Shown one piece after another: positions 37,401 through 47,546 of a DNA stretch of 64,000 nt. Numbering within the stretch: the stretch's first letter is position 1; every line of letters starts with the position of its first letter. A program made the translations under genes and the position numbers. The notes under the pieces were generated by a model. That model made no database searches. It was not told the DNA's origin and saw only the letters and a list, made by a program, of their open reading frames with translations. The stretch is from Massalongia carnosa (taxonomy: Eukaryota): NCBI GenBank assembly GCA_965645245.1, contig OZ287073.1, positions 2,604,001 to 2,668,000 of the forward strand, written 5' to 3'.

Positions 37401-38832
37401 ACATAACCGGGGAGGCTGCATGTGAGCGGCTAGATCGAATGAATCCTTTGGTGAGATTCTCATCTAGATAACGACGAAGTTCCTGGATCTCATCACGACT
37501 CATCCCGTAAAGAGCTTGATTAGGTGGTTGAAAACCTTCTTTTAAGACGATGGCGTGATCATGGGAGCGGTGTTCCGGTAGTTTATCGGACTCCTTTCTG
37601 GAAAAGACATCTAGGTAGTCGTGGTATTGCTTTGGAAGCAGAGGTGCCGGGTCAACGTTCTTTTGCTGCCGAACGTGCTCAAGTTCTTCTTGAGTGACGG
37701 AGGTTTCTAGGGTGAGTTCATTGTGCATTCTGCAAATGGCTAGGTGCATGTCCTTATCACTTAGACAGGCCTTAGTGTTAAAAGGGGGGAAAACTTGGGT
37801 TGCTATTAACTTAATAGATGACCTGGAGCTAGGGCTAGGGGGTTTTAAAGGCGATTCTATACCTAAGAACCGGTCTATTTCTTGGAGGGAGATACTGAAT
37901 ATCTCGTGGTCCTTCTGTCTTGCGAGGCGGTCGAATGTGCCGGCGCTCACCTCACTGACTCGAAGCTGGGCTGGGTTGGTTGGTGCGGATTCAACCGCGG
38001 TTAGTTTACTGGGCAGGGGGTTTGAGGTATGTAGGCGAGGTGCTAAACGAACGTAGCTCCCGGACCGGTATCGGATCCTAGGGGAGACGCCTTTTTGCAT
38101 GGCGGTTAGGATTCGACTGGGACCGTCTTCAGCCTGAAAGTCAAATTTCGATGGTTCTGTTTGACTAGATTGCAGAATGGTTTCTTGATCTTTAGTCTCC
38201 CATACCTTCTGACTTTCGGCAGGCATAAGGAACTGTTCTTCCTCGGCGGTGGTTGAATGAACCATTACGGGGCCGGGACAGCAATGTGCTAGGCAAAATG
38301 GAGAGGATAATGACAGGGTATTATTGGCGAAGTTAGTGATAGCGCCATGTCGACGCAGCCATGGGTGTCCTAGGACGATGGGGTAATGTCTTAATCCGGT
38401 CACATATAGGAACAGTTTCTCTATGTGTCCATTGAGATCCATGGTTACTTCTGCCACATGGGTGATGTTTCCGGTCAGAGCAGGCTGACCATCGAAACCT
38501 AGGAGTCGGCGAGGGTATTTAAGGGGGTGAAGGGGGAATTGATGAAGGTGCGCGAATTCTTTATCGATGAATGAGTAACCTGATGCACCACAGTCCACGA
38601 GAATTAAAGCTCTTATCCTTGCTTGCAGACGACGTAATATACATGAGACAACCATATGGCTATCTTTGAAAGTTTCATCGTTTTCAAACAAGGTCAAAGC
38701 GGACGCTGCAGAAAAACGAGCGTTGGACATTAGGGGGGGTGAAAATGATGCAGAAAGGAGACATGCAGAAATCAATAAATCAGACTTTTGAAGCCCTCGT
38801 ATGCGACTGAATACGGGGCTCAGGCTTTTCCC
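34447..38832 (-). CDS. pol: Gypsy pol (protease, RT, RNase H, integrase, chromodomain), -1 frame relative to gag
   Basis: LVDCGAS, YLDD, VETDASD, GGHPG...CHVC, HPETDGQTER, HPVFH, chromodomain YFVNWEGHNPTWEP; 1442-aa open frame. Confidence 0.96.
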   Translation of the reverse strand, partial: GKSLSPVFSRIRGLQKSDLLISACLLSASFSPPLMSNARFSAASALTLFENDETFKDSHMVVSCILRRLQARIRALILVDCGASGYSFIDKEFAHLHQFPLHPLKYPRRLLGFDGQPALTGNITHVAEVTMDLNGHIEKLFLYVTGLRHYPIVLGHPWLRRHGAITNFANNTLSLSSPFCLAHCCPGPVMVHSTTAEEEQFLMPAESQKVWETKDQETILQSSQTEPSKFDFQAEDGPSRILTAMQKGVSPRIRYRSGSYVRLAPRLHTSNPLPSKLTAVESAPTNPAQLRVSEVSAGTFDRLARQKDHEIFSISLQEIDRFLGIESPLKPPSPSSRSSIKLIATQVFPPFNTKACLSDKDMHLAICRMHNELTLETSVTQEELEHVRQQKNVDPAPLLPKQYHDYLDVFSRKESDKLPEHRSHDHAIVLKEGFQPPNQALYGMSRDEIQELRRYLDENLTKGFIRSSRSHAASPVMFVKKPGGGLRFCVDYRGLNAVTIKNRYPIPLITETLNRLCKAKIFTKLDIISAFNRLRIKEGDEELTAFRTRFGLYEYLVMPFGLCNGPASFQHFINDTLREYLDRFCTAYLDDILIYSDDEIEHDLHVKQVLVKLREAGLQADITKCAFGVTEVPYLGLIVTTKGVKMDPAKIDTVINWPAPVNVRDVQSFLGFANFYRRFVFGFSKIASPLTNLTKKGTKFSWTSDCQQAFNTMKKAFTSDLILMHFDPDKKIVVETDASDFVSAGILSQYDEKDILRPVAYFSKKHNPAECNYEIYDKELMAIVRAFEEWRPELEGSAQPIDVISDHKNLEYFTSTKLLSRRQARWSEFLSRFDYKIVYRPGKAGGKPDALTRRSGDLPEEGDETDERNSFQHQTILKTHNLDDGVAESFNSTVVGTSPDPIVLAPAILDQEQDLDEDDDTETDHEEPQLDLVTDQLNPDDDPMDVATQDLWNRALDRDKFSPRVLEMLRNGSRYHSGIQLAECEDRNGILYFRNRQYVPKSDSLRLRILQLAHNSVAGGHPGRAKCYELISRSYWWPSMHKTVQRFVRNCHVCKRAKPSRERYQGWLRPLPPPERRWRDVAMDYVGPLSASTFMGITYRYILVFIDRLTKMRHLAPVTSMEVEEAVDAFYQNVWKHHGLPDVLVSDRGSQFVSELWELLCKRLKIDARLSTGYHPETDGQTERANASMEHYLRAYVNHMQDDWAKWLPGAEFAANNTDSSTTLASPFLANSGQHPRIGFEPSEPLPTDITAQSRNNLIAANKFADRMRDLETHLHDEMLIAQAIYESTANANRRPCPRYKVGDMVWLNTRNLQTARPTVKLDDRNIGPYAVSRVFSNPLVIQLELPPGVKIHPVFHANLLQHEADDPLPGQHPAPREPVEAEDGQREWYVNSILNSKYDRRFQPPLLQYFVNWEGHNPTWEPFNFLTNCQQALNEYHQAYPTAAGPHHTPCNLPRCRCQE
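38793..38832 (-). promoter_or_regulatory. -1 ribosomal frameshift signal
   Basis: Slippery heptamer G GGA AAA (38832-38826), 6-nt spacer, then hairpin GCCC-CGUAU...AUACG-A-GGGC. Confidence 0.75.
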
Positions 38833-40043
38833 GCTGCATCCTCAGAGGCGTCGGAGTCGTTGTAAAGGACAAGAGACCGAATAGTAGACGGGGCCTTCTT
38901 GTTGGGACAGTCGATTGCGGTCTTGCCAGGGTGCGATTGCTTACAGTAGAAGCATAGTCTCCATTGCTCGCAGATTTCCTTGACTCCGGGAACTTTCAGG
39001 CTTTGGCCTTTCACAGCGGCCATGGCGGAGCTGAGGTCCATCGGATCCCCTGCGGGAAGAGAAGGAACCGCAGCAGGGGTGACGGCTGGAGCGACGACGA
39101 TCGTGGAGGAGCGGGGGGCAGGACTCCTGACAACGGCAGTGGTGGTGGCGACGGATGCCCCCTTTTTAGTTGAGGAGTTGCTAATTGAGGCTCCAGAGGC
39201 TTGGCGTGGCGAGATATGCCTGATTTGACGAATTTTTCGATCCGTTTGGGCCCACATTGCAACATGTTCGTCGAAGGTGACGGGCTCCTGATTGGTTCCG
39301 GGGACTCGATAATGGATGGCCGCTGTTTGGGTGGAATAGTTGATGTTGGCCTTCATCGCATCGATGAGGGAGGCGTCTTCCATTTTAGATCGTTCCTTCT
39401 TCTGAGAGAAAAGGTTGTAATATTCCTCAAAGGTTAGGTTACCCTGTTTCAGGGTGTCTCGCAAATATTTACGGGCATCCTCTTGCTCGAAGGGGTTACC
39501 ACAGGCCAGACGAAGTTTCGCTCTCCAGTCCGAAAAAGAGGTTAGGCGGCATAAGCCATCTATCCGGTAGGGAGTCATGAGCAGATGGGCTCGCTTGCTG
39601 ATGGTGAGTCTGCTCTCCGCATAAGCTATCTTGGCCTCATCGGAAAAGTATCGGTCATGGTTAATGTGCATTTTTTGAATTAGATTCTGTTCCCAAGCAT
39701 CGAGTTTGTCCTCGTCACCGTCATACTCCGGTATGTCAGGAAGTTTCTCGGACCTGGGCGGAAACGCTGGTCGTTTCATTAGCTGTTCTATAATGGCGGC
39801 CAGCTGGGAGCTCGGAACGGAAGGGGAATGAGTTGATGACGGGGTTGCCAATAATGGGTTGGAAGACGTTTGATTAATGGCTGGAGGAACCGCGTTTCGA
39901 ATCTCAGCTAATTGTCGTTCCAGGTCTCGATAGGCGGCGATGAACTCGTCCGGGTTATTGCTGACATGTTCTCGCTCCTTTTGGGCTACCTCAGGTTCCT
40001 GAGGCAGATTTGCGGTTTCTTCTTGAAAAGACATGATTAACAA
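38820..40043 (-). CDS. gag: Gypsy gag
   Basis: RSEKLPDIPEYDG capsid region, GDPMDLS, LCFYCKQSHPGKTAIDCP knuckle; first ATG is at 40034. Confidence 0.92.
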   Translation of the reverse strand: MLIMSFQEETANLPQEPEVAQKEREHVSNNPDEFIAAYRDLERQLAEIRNAVPPAINQTSSNPLLATPSSTHSPSVPSSQLAAIIEQLMKRPAFPPRSEKLPDIPEYDGDEDKLDAWEQNLIQKMHINHDRYFSDEAKIAYAESRLTISKRAHLLMTPYRIDGLCRLTSFSDWRAKLRLACGNPFEQEDARKYLRDTLKQGNLTFEEYYNLFSQKKERSKMEDASLIDAMKANINYSTQTAAIHYRVPGTNQEPVTFDEHVAMWAQTDRKIRQIRHISPRQASGASISNSSTKKGASVATTTAVVRSPAPRSSTIVVAPAVTPAAVPSLPAGDPMDLSSAMAAVKGQSLKVPGVKEICEQWRLCFYCKQSHPGKTAIDCPNKKAPSTIRSLVLYNDSDASEDAAGKA

Positions 40044-42782
40044 TCGTTATAGGGGAAAGAGAAAACAAAGAAACACTTGAATGTAGGTCGGACGTAATGT
40101 CACGGACAAGGTCCAGATAGGGAGATATACAAGAGTTACTATTTAGAAAGCTAGGTCTAGGGATAGTATACAAGACGTCCGACGAAGAGCTCCAAACACC
40201 TGAGAAACCACATAGGTTTTATAGCCATGGCTTCCAACTCCCCTATACTTGACTTGCCCTCATCTCTGTTCCTGTTCTAATTTCCTAACCATGATCGCTT
40301 TGACATGTTCCGCCTTTCTCCATGCCGAAGCAATCTCTCTCTGCTGGGCAATCCCAGTCGTAGGCTTGGATAGTGGAGACGTTGAGATTGGATTCGGGAT
40401 ATAGGAGTTTGGGAGTGCACTGAAGGCAGCGGAAGAACGTCTGAACACATGGGGCGAGGTTTCAGGATAGTTCGGAATAACGGGCCACGGTTCTATTCAA
40501 CATGCAGGGCAGGTTTCACGGCAAGAGAGCCTGTTAAATACTAACCCGATCAGGAAACGTGGGAGGGTGCGAGGTAATTCCATGACACGACTTCCTCAAC
40601 AGCTTTGCAATGCCAATGCTTATAAGGCTGAAATACGCCCACATCCAATGGTTGCATGCAATGAGTTAAATGCGGTATAAAGGGAAAGGGTCGAATGCGA
40701 TTCTCATTGGCCAAAAGTGAAAATTCAGGGGTTGTATGACTGCCATGATTATCCATCAGCAATAATTGCCATTCCGCATCAGGTCCTGCATTTGTATGTT
40801 TGATAAGATGCTTCAAATATTCAATTGCTATCTTATCAGATGTAAAACCACTGTTCGAGGGCACGACATACGTGCCCTCGGGCACACCTTCTAAAAACCA
40901 TGTGGCCATGATGTCATGACCCTGTACGATGATCATTGGAGGGGGGGGATAGTCGCCGGCAGCATTGATAGTCTCAATAACTGTCGCAGATCTGCGATTT
41001 TCCGGGCTGACGGCGTAGAATTGTTTGATTTCCTCAGGAACAATGATTTCCTGACCCCTCATGCATCCAACCCGAAAACCAGCTTCATCAAAGTTCAAAA
41101 TGTTCCGACTTTTTCGAATTTTCAACTCTTTTAACACCTCTCTATACCTTTCAAACCATTCTATCACATCTGATTCTTTGGCAGCTTCATAACAAATCAT
41201 TGCTAGTGGTTTTGTCTTTATTTTATGAAGTTTGTTACATTTCCACCAGCTCCGAAACCATCTTCTTGACGGGCCTACCTCGAGGGGGTTATGGGCCTTT
41301 TTCAGACTTACAATAGCCTTGAAAACCATCTGATGTGTAGGAAGAATTCCATGCATCAATAAGGATTTAATAAAGCCAGTAATTGACCTTGCCTCATGCT
41401 CCCTCAGTATCTGATTTTGTCCTCCATTTTTCCTCCCTTCTGGTCGACGAATGGAAGACGTCAAAGTTTTGACGTTGATATTGTAGATTCTAGCTGCAGT
41501 CGTTTTACTTTCTTTGGGATGATTTGTCAGAAATTCCTTCGCCTTTTCCAATCTTTCCATGGGGTTGAGAGTGGAGACAAGGGAGGCGTCGTTATCCATG
41601 ATACGAAAGGGGAGATTGGTTTGGGGGATTGATTCGAGAGGAAAGAATTTGAATTGATGATCAGTTGGGTCGGAGAAATAATTTTCAAGCTAAGTACGGT
41701 ATCGGCTGATTTTTAATCAATGTGGTTGTTGGTCAATAATCAAAAAGGTGAAGAAATTTGAATTTGGGGGGATGCAACCGCTTTCCGGGATGCAACCGCT
41801 TTCCCCGACTAAAATGCGGTCGACATTTTTTCAAGTCGGATCCCGGAGGTAAGCGAGCCGACGATTATAATAAGACAGAGAATGCAGTCCCCGTCGCTTA
41901 TGCAAAAGTAAGGTCGAATACAACCTGATGAGGTTTAGTTATTGTTTGCACGTGTTACAATCTCTTTAGATTTATGAGAATGGACTTATAACATGCATTG
42001 TCGAAAAACGAATTTGAGTTTATTTAGCCAAGTCTGTTGACGGTTACCTAGTATAATTCTTGTTCGCCTGTTTCTTTTGAATATCTTATCTTTCACTCTT
42101 GTTCATCTAGTGAAACGCAGCCACCTTGTGTATATTGCTATTCTAATGTTGGGGCAAAGTCCTGACCCTAGGGTGTGGCATGACACCGTTCGTGCGCCGT
42201 CTACGCAGGGTACGGAGCCGAATCGGGTAGGCTACGAGGTCCATGGACCCTGTAGATGCGAACCCTGGGGTCAAGAAATACTCCATCTATCTAAGCGACA
42301 GACTGTGTAGGAGAGGGTGGGTGGGAGAAACAGCGAAACACGATCTATGATGAGTGTTGATGAGGAGAAAGAAAGAGGTGAAAGAGGTGGAAGAGGTGAA
42401 GAGTTTTCACCTCCCTGCTAGCATCCGGCTCTATCCAGCTCACACGCCGGATGCCACCCTTCACGGTGACAACTTCACTAGCACCCAGCAAGCTAGTGCG
42501 TTTCTTCAATTAATTGACTAGTGAGCCATATAGTTACACGATGACCTGATAACCTGATAATTTATTTAGGGTTCGGATACGGGGACACCGGGTAGGATGC
42601 ATGTACACCGGGCACTTGATGCATGTACACCGGGCACTTGATACATATACACCCTCTTCCCAAAAAGGTAAAGGGCCGGCACATTTCGCACCACTTTACC
42701 TTTCTTGGTTAGCAGATGAAAAATCAGATGAGATCTTGAAATTTTCAATTGATGCATCATCTTTCTCAATCATTCTCAAATT

Positions 42783-44980
42783 ATGCCTCTGGCTCCTCCT
42801 CACGATGACCAGGTTTTTTCCACCTTGGAAGAACTCATTCTCAGCGTCAATACTCACGCCGGCTCAGAAGGATACGCGGTGGTCACAGCTAGATCAAAGA
42901 AATCAGATCTTGGCATCAAGAGAAAAGTCTGGTTGCGCTACGACAGGGGAGGTAGCAATCGAATACCTCGAGGCAGAGATAGACGTCATACTAATACTCG
43001 AATCATCGATTGTCAGTTCAAGGTCACGGCGGTGCGAAACAGAGTGGATGGAACCTGGTTATTGGAAGTAATCAACCCATTCCATAATCATGAAGCTACA
43101 ATTGCTGGATCGCATCCAACGTTACGCAAAATGGCTATGACTGAAGAGATTAAGAACGACATCTCTAGACAATTGACCGTGCAAACAGCTCCTTCTAAGA
43201 TTCTCTCCACCCTTCGTATTGACACCGATAACAACAATCCGTTATTCAAGCCTCGAGATATCTACAACATCAAGGCACAGCTGAGACGAGATACTCTAGG
43301 TCCTTTAACCCCGGTTCAGGCATTGATGCAGGAACTTGATCAAAACGACTGGACGTACAACTATCAGAAAGACATTCGCAATCAGATCACCCACTTATTC
43401 TTCGTGAGAGGAACATCCCAAACTCTACTGAAGGTCAATCATGAAGTTCTGGTCATGGATTGCACCTACAAAACCAACAGATATAAACTTCCGTTGCTGA
43501 TCATCAGCGGGCAAACGGCCCTACATACTAATTTCTATGTCGCGTTTTGCTTCATGGCAAAGGAGAAGCAGGTGGATTATGAGTGGACATTGGGACAATT
43601 GAAGTCGTTGTATGCGCAGTTGCAAATTCCAGATCCGGTGGTTGTTGTGACCGATATGGAGCGTGGGTTGATGAATGCCGTGCGATTGATCTTTCCCAAT
43701 ACGAATCATCTGCTCTGTCTTTGGCATATCAACAAGAATGTGACGGCAAATTGCAAGAAGGACTTCAATACCAAAGAAGAATGGGATGACTTCATATCCG
43801 CCTGGACTTCTGTTGTATACGCCGCTTCCAGAGTTGATTACGAGTCGGCGTGGCAGGGAATGAATGACACCTACTATCTAACGCATGGAGAATGTTTGGA
43901 TTATCTGCGAGAAACGTACATCATGTCCTTTCATCGTCGCTTTGTGAAATTTCAAACCGATCAGGTGTTACATTTCGGAACCACAACTACTTCTAGAGGT
44001 GAGGGGGGGCACGCAGCTCTTAAACGTCATCTCGGAGTATCAACAGGTAATGAGTACAACCCTAAGAAACATTCAATACTGACTGAGCTGTAGGAGATTT
44101 GAAAACAGTTGTAGATGGCATCAACCTACTTCTAATCAACGAGCGACAAAATTACATGATAGCCTTTGACGAAGCGAAGATGCGATACCCTATGGATCTT
44201 CGAAAACCAGTTTTCAATCGCATCGCGGCGTTCGTAACCCCATACGCATTGAGAAGAATGGATGATCAATACAGACTGTTGACGGACCAAGCAACGGCAG
44301 TCAATCGTTGCACTGGAAGCTTTACAACTACTACCGGATTACCATGCAGTCACAAAATGCAGGAACGTTCATTCGGACCTGAGGGATGTCTGATTTTGGA
44401 AGATGTCCATCCTCATTGGAGGTTTGAAAGATCTTCCTTACCTGATCCAATCAATGATCCAACTCTCGATCCGCTACTTCAGGTGGAAGAACCAGCAGTT
44501 GTCCAACCTCGAGGACGTCCTGCAGGGGCGGAGAATCGTAGACAAGCATTGGACAACTCCACCTATCGGAATCCATCTCAATTCGAAATCGTTGAAGGTG
44601 AAATAGCAGAGCAACATGGGAATGAACTGCCAGCGGATATCGAACGAGTTCTGGCAAGAGCCGAGGCTACACCAGCGGGACGCGGGCGCGGGCGCGGGCG
44701 CGAGCGACGACGAGATGAAGGTGAGGTGGCAGGCAATCGTGCCTCATCCAGGCCTGCGACTCAAGCAGCAACTAGGGCGGGCAGGGCGGGCAGGGCGGGC
44801 AGGGCGGGCAGGGCGGGCAGGGCGGGCAGGGCGGGCAGGGCGGGCAGGGCGGGCAGGGCGCGCAGGGCGGGCAGGGCGGACAGGGCGGACAAGGCGAAAA
44901 AGGTCGGCGAGGCGGGCAGGGGGGGCAGGGGGGGCAGGGGAAGAAGGGGTAGGACTGACGAGGCAATTACGACCGAGTAG
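42783..44980 (+). CDS. MULE transposase, two exons (42783-44046, 44094-44980), ~716 aa
   Basis: FAR1-like N-terminus, MDCTYKTNRY, VTDME, LCLWH, TTSRGEGGH, CTG..TGLPCSH, PRGRP; 47-nt GT..CTGAC..TAG intron restores GVSTGDLKTVV. Confidence 0.9.
44774..44940 (+). repeat. 9-bp G-rich tandem repeat (GGGCAGGGC)n encoding (GRA)n
   Basis: About 12 near-perfect units followed by GGGGGGCAG variants. Confidence 0.95.
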
Positions 44981-45424
44981 CTAGAAGATATCATCTTATC
45001 AATCTTGATGAGATGCAACAGATCAATGCTAAAAACTTCATTTCCGCATAGTTTTCAAATCACCATCTGATTTTTCATCTACTAACCAAGAAAGGTAAAG
45101 TGGTGCGAAATGTGCCGGCCCTTTACCTTTTTGGGAAGAGGGTGTATATGTATCAAGTGCCCGGTGTACATGCATCAAGTGCCCGGTGTACATGCATCCT
45201 ACCCGGTGTCCCCGTATCCGAACCCTTTATTTATTTACATGTGATGATTCAGTGACAGTATCACTAGGCCTGGGACGGCTAATGTAGCGCTACTATCACC
45301 TCGTGATATGTAGCGGATATATGTCAGGGGAGGGCTGGAGAGATACAAGACTCTATCTTGCAGAACGGATATCTAGATATGCTAAAACTAGAAGTTGAGA
45401 ATAATACACAAGACGTCCGATGAA

Positions 45425-45878
45425 TGTTAGATGAGACAGCCATCCTATGTGCCGTGCCAGATGGCAACATAACGGCTTGGGAATAACGTCTCAAGTGATC
45501 CGCACACGGCTAGCTAATGAGGTGGTACGGCAGGGAGATTCAAGGCAAACCTGCCCTGCCGCTGTGCCTGCTCTCTATCTTATTCATCTCTCATCTATCT
45601 AGCTATATAAAACATAGTAGATAGCCACCTAGATAGAATAATCAATCCTTCCCATACATACTATTACCTGTTGAAGTGAATTGTTGATCACTATAGTGCA
45701 TGTACGAATATTTAGAAGGAATAATTTTGATTAATTCTATCGTGGGTGCTTTTGAGCACCCACATCGGCTAAACTACCCTAGGCCCATTCCGGCCAAGCA
45801 GTCACCAACTGCCTGACACTTGTCCGTTAGGCTAATGTTTAGCGTAACATCAACATTACCTACCTCTTTAACTCAACA
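45425..45878. mobile_element. Solo LTR nested in the Gypsy solo LTR
   Basis: TGTTAG...TCAACA with TSD ATGAA. Confidence 0.82.
45669..45855. mobile_element. Innermost solo LTR (187 bp)
   Basis: TGTTGA...TCAACA with TSD TTACC. Confidence 0.85.
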
Positions 45879-46252
45879 ATGAAGAACTCTAAACACCTGG
45901 GAAAGCACATAAACTTTATAGCCATGGCTTTCAACTCTCCTATTCTCGACTTGCCCCATCTCTGTTCCTATACTAATTTCCTTAACATGACTGCTTTGAC
46001 CTATCCCGCCTTTATCTGTGCTGAAGCACTCTCAGTCATAAGCCTGGATAGTGGAGACGTGAGATTGGATACGGATTGTAGGAGATTGATAGTGCGCTGA
46101 GGGCGGCAGAACGCCTGAGCACGATGGGTGAGGTTTCACAGCAATGGGCTTTGTTAAATACTAACCCGATCAGGACAAGCGGGAGGGTGCGAAGCGATTC
46201 TGTGACAATATATATCGCTATGTTTGAGAATAAAAATCATTCCTATACCGTA

Positions 46253-47539
46253 CCCTCAGTGCTTACCGGCAAAGACGCATTTTTCAACACCTCAACATTA
46301 AAAAAACCAGATCTTTATAAAAAGACGTCCAAATAGCTTCATTTCGGGTTCAAAATCTACGGCTCAGTCTACTCTACTAACGGGCTCTGCCCTAGTAAAA
46401 ATCGGACGTTGTCTAAGTGGGTTGATGAGGCCTTTTTCGCCTTATTAGCCTCCCTTTGTTCCTTTCGTCTAGCCTTTTCTTCTTCTTTTTTTTGACGAAT
46501 TGAACATAATTCTCTACATTGACTGACTTTTATGACTTCACTCTTTGCACCTACCTGACCTCCGAGAGCGACCCGACTTTTACGCGATGTGGTGACTTTT
46601 TGCACTTGCTGAAGGTCCTGCGTAGGTGTTGACGGAGGTAATGAAGGCTCTAATAAATTTCTGAAAATCGTCCACTGTTTTTTTACTCATTCGTCCACCG
46701 ATCGGCCCGGCCGCGGTCAATGTTCTTTGCAAGTTGTGACCGAATTTTCTGATTGATTCGAGGCCTCGAGGGGTGCGCTCATGAACTTGAAGAGGTAGGA
46801 GGCTCGGGGTGCGGGGTTCATTCATAAATTTCAAGGCTACACTCCACAGAAGTAATGTAGTCACGATTATCCGGATCAGTCATACGAAGAAGATTTCGTG
46901 GGTTCAAGGTAATTACTATTTGAGCTCGTTTGCATTCAATTCGAAAGCCTGTTTCGTTCATATTTTATACATTCAGCTCCGTTATTCCCTTTCCCCTCAT
47001 TATCCGTTCTAATTTGCTGAAATATTCAATTATATCGTTAACGTCGTGACTATTTTTTCGATCGACCGCGAGAGGCTTCTGTTTTCGTACATGAAACTCG
47101 GGATTTCGATCAAGAAATCGCTTCAGCCACTGATGATCAAGAGTACGATTCTCAAAACGAATCAGATAATTTGCAGTTCCCACGATCAATTTGGGTCGCA
47201 CACAAATGTTGGCCTTGTCCAATCGCTCGATATAGTCACGAAAAGCTTGTTCTTGCTTATCTGTTAGAGCTTTGTTGGTACCGGGTCGACAGCTTTTGGA
47301 GTTGCCATCGTTTTTGAACCGTACGAGGGGCAACGTCAAAAGCTAGTTATGGCTGTAGCTTGACAATTAGTATACAAACCATCTTGTAACGCGTAAATTG
47401 CACTGTCAATTCGATCCTCGATAGCTGAATATGAATTGACCATTATGTTGTTGATTGTTGACGTGTCGAAGTTGAGGTGTAAAATGTTGAAAATGCGTCT
47501 TTGAGCCGGTAGCGTCTTTGAGCCGGTAAGCACCGAGGG
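46253..47539 (-). mobile_element. Internally deleted pogo/Fot1-like element
   Basis: TIRs CCCTCRGTGCTTACCGGC; HTH/CENP-B region (ALTDKQEQ...WLKRFLDRNP) and mutated *NMNETGFRIEC, then a jump to the C-terminal region; TA seen on the left only. Confidence 0.82.
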
Positions 47540-47546
47540 ATGCTCT

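Larger units (their letters stand above)
33920..40587 (-). mobile_element. Intact Ty3/Gypsy chromovirus LTR retrotransposon
   Basis: 490-bp TG...CA LTRs at 33920-34409 and 40098-40587 (two mismatches seen), TSD CGACT, open gag and pol, PPT GAAGAGGGA. Confidence 0.97.
32920..41599 (-). pseudogene. pogo/Fot1 transposase split by the Gypsy insertion (41599-40588 and 33919-32920)
   Basis: NFDEAGF, LLMDNHGSH and QPLDVGVFQPYK DDD motifs; removing the Gypsy and one TSD gives a continuous KAVEEV-VASSFVEYS frame of ~668 aa. Confidence 0.9.
32629..41865 (-). mobile_element. pogo/Fot1-like DNA transposon with ~185-bp TIRs, carrying a nested Gypsy
   Basis: TIRs ATCGTCGGCTCGCTTACCTCCGG... at 32629-~32814 and ~41680-41865; TA TSD at 32627-32628 and 41866-41867. 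Confidence 0.93.
26605..41928 (+). pseudogene. Type II membrane protein with a C-terminal PAN/Apple-like domain, split by three insertions
   Basis: RICGLRKITFLLSLVLILIL TM segment, Ser/Thr stalk (~27185-27352), then FDIFCDTEF.GGD...VCMGACSNYN...NCSAV...GNCYLK (32404-32628) and YNKTENAVPVAYAKV (41866-41928); the frame is restored when the Copia and pogo insertions are removed. Confidence 0.72.
42569..45225 (+). mobile_element. Apparently intact autonomous MULE (family 2)
   Basis: 162-bp TIRs (42569-42730, 45064-45225; one mismatch seen), 8-bp TSD TTTATTTA. Confidence 0.93.
45322..46207 (-). mobile_element. Diverged solo LTR related to the 33920 Gypsy, holding two nested solo LTRs
   Basis: TG...CA, TSD ATATA; 45879-46207 aligns by eye with the Gypsy LTR (TATAGCCATGGCT, TGTTAAATACTAACCCGATCAGG). 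Confidence 0.85.

Noticed and set aside
42147..42560. TG-starting LTR-like segment with a long fold-back (TGACCCTAGGG...CCCTGGGGTCA)
   Set aside because: No TSD, partner LTR or coding remnant found; cannot be classified.
44761..45018. (CPP)n and (PAL)n antisense ORFs
   Set aside because: Reverse-strand readings of the 9-bp repeat in the MULE transposase.
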